DNA of 63,804 nucleotides, filler included, from Candidatus Rokuibacteriota bacterium (GTDB lineage: Bacteria; JAUVQV01; DATDCY01): assembly GCA_031406795.1 (NCBI GenBank). It is 5 parts of 5 records of this genome, joined end to end, with 100 filler letters (N's around TTAATTAATTAA, not from the genome) between each part and the next. Parts side by side here need not be neighbours in the genome. Positions count along the whole stretch, not along the records: positions 1 to 14,939 come from JANOHV010000080.1; positions 15,040 to 42,340 come from JANOHV010000177.1; 3 more parts are not named here. One strand, written 5' to 3'. Below the pieces are notes generated by a model, which was not told the origin of the DNA, did no database searches, and saw only the letters and a list, made by a program, of their open reading frames with translations. Both the position numbers and the translations under genes were made by a program. Shown one piece after another: positions 13,083 through 20,775 of the stretch (within the stretch, counting starts at the first letter, position 1; the number at the start of each line of letters is the position of its first letter).

Positions 13083-13984
13083 CGCGGCCGCGGCGTCACC
13101 CCGCGCCCCGTCGCGGAGCGGGCCCAGGCCAGACGCGGAGCGCAGACCGCAGCCACCTGGCGGGCGGCCTGCGCGAAGGCTTCGGCGGCCGGGCGGCCGG
13201 GCGGCCGGGCGATCTCGATGAGCGCCGAAGCCAGGGTTGTCTCGGAGGCGGTGGCGATCAGTTGCGCGTCGAGCACCAGTCCCTCGCCGCGGCGGCTCAG
13301 CTGTATGATGAGAACGGCATCGGCATCGAGTTTTCTGCCGGCCGCGGCGGCCAGCGCCACGCGGTTCTCCTCGGAGGTGGGGCCGGTGCCCTTCTCCCAG
13401 GGGGTCGGGTCGGTGCTCGCGACGATGATGGCGCCGCGCCGCGCCAACTCCGCTTCGATGGCGACGCTGGCGGCGCGGCCGTCGTCGAGCTCCTCGTCGG
13501 CGGTGCGGTCGACCAGGGGCAGGGAGGCGGCGAGCAGCATCACCCGCACGGCGGCCGCCGCCGTGGCGACACCGGTCGCGCGCGCGGCGCGGGCCAGCTT
13601 GTCGCGGTAGATCTCGAGCTCCGCCGAGAGGGTCAGAAAGCCGTCCTGCTCCTCTTGCGCGAGGATGCGCCAGGCGCCGACGAAATCGCCGGCCCGCGAC
13701 AGGATGGTCTCCTGCCAGGTCTCCAGGTCTTGGGGACTTTGGCGCTCCGGTTCGATGCTACGAAGGGCTTCGAGCAACCCGCGGCGAAACGCCTCGTCAA
13801 GGGCCTTCTGATAGGCGGTGTCGGCGCGACCACCCCGCACGGGCGCCCGTCCAGTCGTGCGCAACACGATGCCCGAGTGGATCACCGGCGCCGCCTCCGC
13901 CGGCGGGAGTGACGCCGCGAGCGCGATCACGATCCCCGGCAGCAGGGCGAAGCGCCGGAACAGGTGGGGCCGGCCGCTGCTCAA
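13079..13984 (-). CDS. secreted hypothetical protein (FlgT-N/DUF2066-like architecture)
   Basis: Signal-peptide-like N-terminus; tightly coupled to both neighbours; family and start uncertain. Confidence 0.55.
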   Translation of the reverse strand: MSSGRPHLFRRFALLPGIVIALAASLPPAEAAPVIHSGIVLRTTGRAPVRGGRADTAYQKALDEAFRRGLLEALRSIEPERQSPQDLETWQETILSRAGDFVGAWRILAQEEQDGFLTLSAELEIYRDKLARAARATGVATAAAAVRVMLLAASLPLVDRTADEELDDGRAASVAIEAELARRGAIIVASTDPTPWEKGTGPTSEENRVALAAAAGRKLDADAVLIIQLSRRGEGLVLDAQLIATASETTLASALIEIARPPGRPAAEAFAQAARQVAAVCAPRLAWARSATGRGVTPRPR

Positions 13985-14700
13985 TAGTGGTAGTACTGTG
14001 CGGGGGTCTGCTGGGCGATGAAATTCACGGCGGCCTGCAGGCAGACCCGGATGGCTTTCTCCATCGGCGTCTTCGCGAAGGCCCCGAAACCGTGGGCCAG
14101 CGGCCCGACCGCGATTCCCGCGAGCCCGCCGATGTCCTGCGCCTTGCCCTCGACGCTTTGCGCCGCCAGGATGCGCGAGGTCCTGGCGTCGATGACGCGG
14201 ACGTCGATGGCGATGTGGGCGGTCTTGCCCCCGACGCCCACGCCGAAGAAGCCGGTGGTCGTTCCGCCGGCAAAACCGCCGGCGTTCGGCTCGAACTCGG
14301 TGATTGCGCCGACGAGGAGCAATTCGGCGCCCTCGATTTCGCCGATGGCCGCCTCGGTTCCCTTTTTGATGCGGCCGGAAGCGCCGAGATCCTGTTCGCG
14401 CAGCACCTCGCCGAGTTCGCCCCGCTCCAGCACGATGAAACGGTTGGTGTTGAAAAGGGCGGTCGTGATCATGTCCGTCATGCCCGCGCCGATCTCGCCG
14501 TAGCCCTTGGCGGTCTTGTCGACGAAGCGGGAGACGGTGATCCGGGCCTTAGGCCCGTTGTAGGGCACGCGTTGCGCCTCGGCGATCCCCGGACCGCCGC
14601 CGCTCACCGTGGCCGAGGGCTGGATCGGCGCGCAGGAAGCGCCCAGCATCACGCACAGAACGCCCAGTGCCAGAAGTGTCGAACGCCTCTCGTTCTTCAT
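13981..14700 (-). CDS. CsgG/HfaB-family lipoprotein
   Basis: Lipobox GASC; ALFNTNRFIVLER, GAITEFE, IDVRVIDARTSRI; strong GGGGGAG SD. Confidence 0.85.
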   Translation of the reverse strand: MKNERRSTLLALGVLCVMLGASCAPIQPSATVSGGGPGIAEAQRVPYNGPKARITVSRFVDKTAKGYGEIGAGMTDMITTALFNTNRFIVLERGELGEVLREQDLGASGRIKKGTEAAIGEIEGAELLLVGAITEFEPNAGGFAGGTTTGFFGVGVGGKTAHIAIDVRVIDARTSRILAAQSVEGKAQDIGGLAGIAVGPLAHGFGAFAKTPMEKAIRVCLQAAVNFIAQQTPAQYYHY

Positions 14701-14753
14701 GACTCTCCCCCCCTTGCCATGCCGTGCTCGCCGGGTGCACTCCCGTCCGGCCG

Positions 14754-14783
14754 ATGGTAGTTGCGCCTGCGGGTTGCTGTCAA
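14754..14783 (-). promoter_or_regulatory. sigma70-type promoter of the CsgG-like operon
   Basis: TTGACA-18 nt-TACCAT on the minus strand. Confidence 0.6.
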
Positions 14784-14801
14784 TCGGCAGCGCGCGCGCC
14801 G

Positions 14802-14939
14802 CACGGCTACGTCAAAGTCCGTCGGTCTCCCGAGGCGGCTCGGCGAGCAATGGTGGCACCCACGGGCCCAACCGTACGGCTACGGGGCTGATCCGGGTTG
14901 CGAGAGGGGTGCAAGAACGCGGCAGCGGGTGCCTGAGGG
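14802..14939 (-). mobile_element. end of a multicopy element (probable IS110/IS1111 non-coding end), truncated by the contig end
   Basis: 138 bp identical to 61264-61401 with different flanks; both copies end contigs; outward TTGACG near the terminus. Confidence 0.65.
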
Positions 14940-15039
14940 NNNNNNNNNNNNNNNNNNNNNNNNNNNNNNNNNNNNNNNNNNNNTTAATTAATTAANNNNN
15001 NNNNNNNNNNNNNNNNNNNNNNNNNNNNNNNNNNNNNNN
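14940..15039. other. artificial contig linker
   Basis: N-run with TTAATTAATTAA all-frame stop spacer. Confidence 0.98.
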
Positions 15040-15594
15040 CTGGCATCCCGGTGCCAGCCCCTCGACGCGGCCTATCCGGCCGCCCTCTCCCGCATCGCCC
15101 TGCGGGACGGAAAACCCGAGGAGGCGTTGCGTTTCACCAAGAGTGCGTTGCGCCAGCTCCCGCTCGACGCAGCAACGCTAATGCAACTCGGCACGCTGCT
15201 CGCGGCGCGGGGTGACGCGGAGCCCGCCCGCCGGAGTTTCGCGGCGGCGGTGGCCGCCGATCCCGGCTCGGCGCCGAACCGCGAGCGTTTCGGCGCCTGG
15301 CTCCTCTCCAGCGGTGATTCGACGTCCGCTCTCGCTCAGTTGCGCGGAGCCCTGGCACTCGACCCGCAGCGCTCCCGCAGTGTCTTCGGGCTGCTGGTGC
15401 TCGCCGGTCTCGACGACGCTCGAATTGCGACAGTCCTCCCGCCCCTGCCGGCGGTGCTGCTCCAATTCGCCCGCTATGCGGAGGAGACCGGCACCGCCGC
15501 GCTCGCCCGCGAGACCTACCTCCGGGTCCTGACGATCGAACCCGGCAATGCGGCTGCCGCCGCCGAACTGCGCCGCCTGCAACAGCCACGTTGA
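15040..15594 (+). CDS. TPR-repeat protein, 5'-partial
   Basis: Repeated TPR-like helices (A...ALALDP, VLTIEPGNAAA); frame open to the contig start. Confidence 0.7.
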   Translation: MASRCQPLDAAYPAALSRIALRDGKPEEALRFTKSALRQLPLDAATLMQLGTLLAARGDAEPARRSFAAAVAADPGSAPNRERFGAWLLSSGDSTSALAQLRGALALDPQRSRSVFGLLVLAGLDDARIATVLPPLPAVLLQFARYAEETGTAALARETYLRVLTIEPGNAAAAAELRRLQQPR

Positions 15595-15620
15595 CGCGAC
15601 TGAGGAGGGCGGGGTATAAA
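15591..15620 (+). promoter_or_regulatory. sigma70-type promoter, probably leaderless
   Basis: TTGACG-18 nt-TATAAA, with ATG 6 nt downstream. Confidence 0.6.
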
Positions 15621-15626
15621 TCCGGC

Positions 15627-16619
15627 ATGAATTGCCTGCGGCTGATCGCGGCGACGGTGTTCGTCGCTCTGTTTACCGGATGCGCGGCCCAGCCGCGGGG
15701 CGGGCTGCAAGCCGCCGGCGAGCCGGGGATGCTCCTGGTGAGCGCCGGTCGCTTCATCATGGGCAACGACAAAGGCGAACTCAACGAGCGGCCCTCGCAC
15801 AAGGTCGAGATCGGCTCTTTCGCGATGGACCGCACGGAAGTGTCCGCGCGCGAATTCGCCGAATTTCTGAACGCGGCCGGGAGCAGTGGTGATCTTTACT
15901 TCACCGCCGATGAGCACGCGACCGTGATGGCCGCTCCGGCGGACGGCCGCGCAGCGACAGCCCGGTACTCGGCGCGGCCGGGATTGGAGCGCTTCCCGGC
16001 GAACAACGTCTCCTGGGAGGGAGCGAACGCCTATTGCCGCTGGCGGGGAAAGCGCCTGCCGACCGAAGCCGAGTGGGAGAAGGCCGCACGCGGAACGGAC
16101 AAGCGCCGCTTTCCGTGGGGCAGACGCGATCCCGGGGAGGAACTCGCGCGGTTCGAGCAGATCTGGCAGGAGAAGCAGTTCGACGTTTTCGTACCGGTCG
16201 ACGCCCTGCCGGAAGGCGCGTCCCCCTACGGGCTGCTGAACATGGCGGGCAATGTCCTCGAGTGGGTGAACGACTGGTATCGGCAGAATCTCTGCGATTT
16301 CTGCAATCCGGAGGCGGAGGGCAACCTCGATCTGATCCGGCAACTCACGGGCCGGCCTCCCGAGGCCCCGGCCGTCGGACCGACGGCTGCTTCCGGGGGA
16401 GCTGCCCGCGAACGGAGCTCCCGACGGGTGCGGCAAGTCCCGCTGCGCGTCGACCCGGGCGGCCCGACAACCGGGAGTTTCCGCGTCCTCAGAGGCGGAT
16501 CGTGGCAGGATCGTCAGGAGCAGGACTTGGCGACGACGCGCCGCTACTGGCTCGACCCTGCGCAGCGGTTTCCTCACACCGGCTTCCGCTGTTCGAAGGA
16601 TTCACCCCGGACGCCTTGA
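15627..16619 (+). CDS. FGE-sulfatase (SUMF1/EgtB/PvdO-fold) lipoprotein
   Basis: Lipobox FTGC; RLPTEAEWEKAARG, PYGLLNMAGNVLEW, RGGSW, GFRC. Confidence 0.88.
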   Translation: MNCLRLIAATVFVALFTGCAAQPRGGLQAAGEPGMLLVSAGRFIMGNDKGELNERPSHKVEIGSFAMDRTEVSAREFAEFLNAAGSSGDLYFTADEHATVMAAPADGRAATARYSARPGLERFPANNVSWEGANAYCRWRGKRLPTEAEWEKAARGTDKRRFPWGRRDPGEELARFEQIWQEKQFDVFVPVDALPEGASPYGLLNMAGNVLEWVNDWYRQNLCDFCNPEAEGNLDLIRQLTGRPPEAPAVGPTAASGGAARERSSRRVRQVPLRVDPGGPTTGSFRVLRGGSWQDRQEQDLATTRRYWLDPAQRFPHTGFRCSKDSPRTP

Positions 16620-16650
16620 CAGCGCGGGCGATGCTGTTAGATTAAAGAGC

Positions 16651-17211
16651 ATGATAGATCTCAAACGCTCGATGGTCGCGTCCCTGTCCGTCGCTGCGTG
16701 GCTGCTCTGCGGCGCGCAGCGTGCGGCGGCCGAGTCGGCCGCCGATCTGGTGCGCGAATCGCTGCGCCAGCAAAGCGCCGCGGAGCGTGCCGCCTGCGCG
16801 GGCGTGCAGCGCTCGATCGCGGGAGATTTCGACCCCATGCTCGTCGTGAGAACCGCCGTGGAGCTGGGCCACAATCCCTGCCAGACAATCCGGTGCGCTG
16901 TCGAGGGGAAGATTTCAGACCACCAACCGGCGCTTTGCGAAAAAGTCATTCTGGGCGCGGTCGCCGCCGGGGTGCCCTCCGACGTGATCTCCCGCTGCGC
17001 TGCCGACGTCTGCGACCCCGCCGCCGTGGCCGCGATCCTGACCGCCACCCGGTTTGAGCCGAATTACTGCTACCTCTCCCCGCGGGCGCCGCTCGCGCCC
17101 GCAGCGCTGCCGCCTCCGGGACCGGTCTTCGGGCTTGCTCCGCTGTCGCGTTCGGAACTGCTCGTCGACCGCACCTATCTGCGGGCGCAGGCCAGCCCCT
17201 TCACCTTCTAG
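16651..17211 (+). CDS. secreted cysteine-rich hypothetical protein
   Basis: Signal peptide; multiple Cys; Pro-rich tail ending ASPFTF; upstream TTGACA-16-TAGATT promoter. Confidence 0.7.
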   Translation: MIDLKRSMVASLSVAAWLLCGAQRAAAESAADLVRESLRQQSAAERAACAGVQRSIAGDFDPMLVVRTAVELGHNPCQTIRCAVEGKISDHQPALCEKVILGAVAAGVPSDVISRCAADVCDPAAVAAILTATRFEPNYCYLSPRAPLAPAALPPPGPVFGLAPLSRSELLVDRTYLRAQASPFTF

Positions 17212-17222
17212 CGGGCAGGGGC

Positions 17223-19376
17223 CTACGACCGGGTTTCGCCCGCGTCGGTCGGCGCCTCGCGCGCCTCGCCGCTTCTCTTGTCCTTCTCGCCGCCGGCCGC
17301 GGCATAGTAGTGTTGATGGTAGTAGTAGTAGGCGCCGCTGCGCTTCTCGTCGTAGGCGTTGAGCACGAGTCCGAGCGGCTGGACGTTGATGTCGCGCAGC
17401 GCCTTGAGCCCGCGCCGCACGCCGTCGTAGGTCGAGCGTTCGGAGCGGACGACCAGCAGCATCGCAGCCAGCTTGCGGGCGAGGACGAGGCCGTCGGCCA
17501 CCGTCAGGAAGGGAGGCGAGTCGACCACGACGATGTCGTATTCCTCGAGCAGTTTCGTCAGCAATACGTCCATGCGCTTCGAGCCGAGCAGCTCGGAAGG
17601 ATTGTCCGGGGCCGGTCCCGAGACGAGCACCGCGAGGTTCTCGATCCCCACCGGAACGGGCGTCGGGTGCACGCCCTCCTTCAGCGCGGTGCTCAGTCCG
17701 CGATCGTTCGGCAGTTCGAAGATCACGTTGACGCGCGGCTTGCGCATGTCCGCGTCGATCAACAGCACCGAGTAGCCTGACTGGGCGAGGCCCACGGCGA
17801 GGTTGACCGCCGTGGCCGTTTTCCCCTCCTCGGGGGCCGTGCTCGTCACCAGCAGGCTCTTCGGCGGTCCTTCGTCCGACGAGAGGATGATCGAGGTGCG
17901 CAACGCGCGGTAGCTCTCGGCGGCAGGCTGGCGGGGTTCCTTGATCATGGCCATGTCGATGGTGGCGCCGCGGCTTGTGGCGGGGGGAATCACGCCGAGG
18001 ACCGCCACCCCGGTCTTGAGTTCGAGGTCTTCAGCCGAGCGGACCGTGTTGTCGAGATACTCCACGAACAGCGCCATGCCGACAGCGCCGACCAGCCCGA
18101 GCACCAGACCGAGGAGCAGCGTGCGGGCGGTGCGGGGGCCGTCCGGGGCCAGGGGAGGCACGGCCGGCTCGAGTGTGTAGACCTGCACCCCCTGCAGCTG
18201 CTGGTTGAGGCTCTCCTCCTTGGCACGGGACATCAACGTCTCGTAGAATTGCCGGTTGGTGTCGACCGCGCGTTTGAGCTCCTCGTAACGGACCAGCTTC
18301 TCGTTGGCGGCCACCGCGTCGCCGCGACCGCTGCTCAGACGCCTGCGCAAATCCTCCTCGCGCGCGACCGCGAGGTCCAGTTCGCTCTTTGCCGAGAGCA
18401 CGATGCGCCGGATCTCTGCCAGCCGTCGCTGCTGCAGCGCGTCGAGCTCCTGGCGGGCGAGCACCATCGCGGGGTGCTTGACGCCGTATTTCCTGGCGAG
18501 TTCGGCCAGGTTCTGTTCCGCCTTGAGCTGCTGCGACTTCACGGCGGTGAAACCCTCGTCCCTGATGACGGCGGAGCTGGTCTCGGCCGCGGCAGGGTCG
18601 TCCGCGACTGCGGCCAGACGTTCGTACAGGGCCTCGAGCTCGCGTCGGCGGGTTTCGGCCCGGGTCAGCTCCAGACCGAGTTCGGTGATCCGTTCGGGGG
18701 AGACCCCGACCCGGCTCTCCATACCGAGGATGTCCTTGGCCTTCATGAACGCCTGCAGGTTGCGCTCCGCCTGCTCGAGGCGGGCGCCCTCTTCGCGCGC
18801 CTGGCTCGTCATCCACTCGACGGCGTACCGCGAGTAACTCATCTTCATCTCGAAGAGCTGGTCGATGTAGGCCTTGACGACGGCGTTCACGATACTCGCG
18901 GCGAGCGCCGGCTCCGCAGAGACGTAGGAGATCGTGACGATCTTGCTGTCCTTCTCCGGTGTCGCCGAACTGCCGCGCCTGATCATCGCGGCAAGCTCCG
19001 TCGCCAGCGCCGCCGGATCCGTTCCCCGCCCGCGGTCGCCGGCCGCGCTCGCGCGAAAGCGCGCGCGGAAGCTCTCATCGGCAGCGAGCGCCTTCGCGGC
19101 GCGCTCGGCCGTCGGCGCGCTGCGGATGATCTCCACCTGGGTGCTGTAGAAATCCGGGTCCCAGGCGTTGTACATCGGGGCGTTCACCCCGAGACTCTGG
19201 ACCGGGGTTTTCTCGATCAGGATCCGGGTCGTTGCCCGGTAGACCGGCGGCACGAGCAGGGTCCTGATGACGGCCGCGGCGACAGCGACCACGAAGAAGG
19301 CCAGAGCCGGCCACCGGCGCCGGTAGAGGACGCGCAGATAGTCGCGCAGATGCAGATTCAGCGCGGGGGTGCTCAA
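17223..19376 (-). CDS. wzc: polysaccharide co-polymerase / tyrosine autokinase (Wzc/GumC)
   Basis: Two TMs flanking a coiled coil; Walker A PEEGKT, DADMRKP, DSPP; C-terminal Tyr cluster AYYYYHQHYY. Confidence 0.92.
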   Translation of the reverse strand: MSTPALNLHLRDYLRVLYRRRWPALAFFVVAVAAAVIRTLLVPPVYRATTRILIEKTPVQSLGVNAPMYNAWDPDFYSTQVEIIRSAPTAERAAKALAADESFRARFRASAAGDRGRGTDPAALATELAAMIRRGSSATPEKDSKIVTISYVSAEPALAASIVNAVVKAYIDQLFEMKMSYSRYAVEWMTSQAREEGARLEQAERNLQAFMKAKDILGMESRVGVSPERITELGLELTRAETRRRELEALYERLAAVADDPAAAETSSAVIRDEGFTAVKSQQLKAEQNLAELARKYGVKHPAMVLARQELDALQQRRLAEIRRIVLSAKSELDLAVAREEDLRRRLSSGRGDAVAANEKLVRYEELKRAVDTNRQFYETLMSRAKEESLNQQLQGVQVYTLEPAVPPLAPDGPRTARTLLLGLVLGLVGAVGMALFVEYLDNTVRSAEDLELKTGVAVLGVIPPATSRGATIDMAMIKEPRQPAAESYRALRTSIILSSDEGPPKSLLVTSTAPEEGKTATAVNLAVGLAQSGYSVLLIDADMRKPRVNVIFELPNDRGLSTALKEGVHPTPVPVGIENLAVLVSGPAPDNPSELLGSKRMDVLLTKLLEEYDIVVVDSPPFLTVADGLVLARKLAAMLLVVRSERSTYDGVRRGLKALRDINVQPLGLVLNAYDEKRSGAYYYYHQHYYAAAGGEKDKRSGEAREAPTDAGETRS

Positions 19377-20704
19377 AAGAAACTCTTGGGGACGACGAGG
19401 ATGTCGTCGGGAAGGAGCGGATCTTCGAGACCGACTCTTTCCCGAACCTGCTCCTGCCCGTCGATCCGCCGGACGATGCGGATCTTGCCCTTCGCGGCGG
19501 CGTCCGTAAAGCCCCCGGCGAGCGTCACCGCCTTGAGGACATTGGTGTCCCGGTCGCAGCGGTACGCGCCGGCGTTCTTGATTTCACCGGTGACATAGCA
19601 GACCTCGGCGCGCAGCGCGCTGACGACGATGATGTCGCTCCGCCGCAGCGCGAATCCCTCGTCGGCGCCGACCTCGACGACCCGCTCGCGTCCGTTCCCC
19701 GTGCGGATCACCTTGAGGCGGTCGGTCACGGCGCGCTCGGAGAATCCCCCCGCGAGCGTGATGGCGCGCAGCGGGGTCATCCCCTCTTCATGCCGGTATT
19801 CCCCGGGCCGCAGGACCTCGCCGGTGATGAAAAGCCGGCCGGCTGCGGCGACGTAGATGCTGTCGCCGTCGTTGATCGCCACGTCGGGCGTCGCCCCCCC
19901 CGAGGAGGGGAGCGCCGGCAGGTCCACCGTGCGGCTCTCCCCCGAACGGCTGGTGATGACCGCCCGGTTCTCCGCATCCGGCAGCAAACCGCCGGCGAGA
20001 TTCAGGGCACGGCTGGCGGTCAGCCCCTTCTCGTAGCGAAACTCCCCGGGGCGCCGAACCTCCCCCGTGACCGAGAACTTCGGCGCCGCCGCGACGAAGA
20101 CGCTGTCCCCGTCGCGAATCTCGATGTCGAGCGAGACATTCCCCAACGTCAACAGCCCGCGCAGGTCAACCGTCCTGCTCTCCCCCGTCCGACTCGTGAC
20201 GACGGCACCGCTGTCGGCATCCGCGGCCAGGCCGCCGGCGCGCGAGAGCAGCTCCAGCAGCGTGAGCCGGTCGCGAAACTCGTAGACGCCGGTCCGGTTG
20301 ACCATGCCGATGATCGTCGCCTTCAAGGTGCGGTACTCCTGAACGGAGACCGTCACCTGGGGATCGACGAGATAGCCGTTCGCCAGGCGCCCTTCGATGA
20401 CGTCGCCGATGCGGGGAAGCGCAATGCCGGCGACGAACACCTGCCCGATCAGAGGCAGCCTGATCTGCCCCTCGTGCGTGACCCGGGTCGTGGTCGTCAA
20501 GTCGGGGTGTCCCGTGACCGTGACCAGCAGCGCATCACCTTCGCCGACGACATATTCCCCCGCGGCGGGGACGGGGACGGGGACGGAAAGGAAAACGGCC
20601 AGCAGTACCGAGCAAACCAATCCGATCGACTTCAGCGTGCCACTGCCCCCTCTCGGGTCAACGCGTAACGACTCTCCGTGCACCCGCCCTCTCAATGAAA
20701 ACAT
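19373..20704 (-). CDS. polysaccharide export (OPX) protein, Poly_export plus multiple SLBB domains
   Basis: YVVGEGD, IRLPLIG, DPQVTV and repeated TGEV..PG.Y..AGG units; ends VVPKSFF; start uncertain. Confidence 0.88.
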   Translation of the reverse strand: MFSLRGRVHGESLRVDPRGGSGTLKSIGLVCSVLLAVFLSVPVPVPAAGEYVVGEGDALLVTVTGHPDLTTTTRVTHEGQIRLPLIGQVFVAGIALPRIGDVIEGRLANGYLVDPQVTVSVQEYRTLKATIIGMVNRTGVYEFRDRLTLLELLSRAGGLAADADSGAVVTSRTGESRTVDLRGLLTLGNVSLDIEIRDGDSVFVAAAPKFSVTGEVRRPGEFRYEKGLTASRALNLAGGLLPDAENRAVITSRSGESRTVDLPALPSSGGATPDVAINDGDSIYVAAAGRLFITGEVLRPGEYRHEEGMTPLRAITLAGGFSERAVTDRLKVIRTGNGRERVVEVGADEGFALRRSDIIVVSALRAEVCYVTGEIKNAGAYRCDRDTNVLKAVTLAGGFTDAAAKGKIRIVRRIDGQEQVRERVGLEDPLLPDDILVVPKSFF

Positions 20705-20711
20705 TGTCTTT

Positions 20712-20740
20712 ATCATAGGATACCGCCGGATGGGTGTCAA
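20712..20740 (-). promoter_or_regulatory. internal sigma70-type promoter for OPX-wzc
   Basis: TTGACA-17 nt-TATGAT on the minus strand, ATG 7 nt downstream. Confidence 0.7.
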
Positions 20741-20775
20741 TGAACCGGGCGGCGCCTGAGCTGAAAAACCCTCGG

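Noticed and set aside
14802-14939. Group II intron 3' end or IscB/TnpB omega-RNA as the identity of the 138-bp repeat
   Set aside because: The AGC..GAGA hairpin is too short for domain V and no domain VI or AY end follows; I see no HEARO or IS200/605 end pattern.
14940-15039. TTAATTAATTAA inside N-runs (four times)
   Set aside because: Artificial contig linker; ORFs and gene adjacency across it are meaningless.
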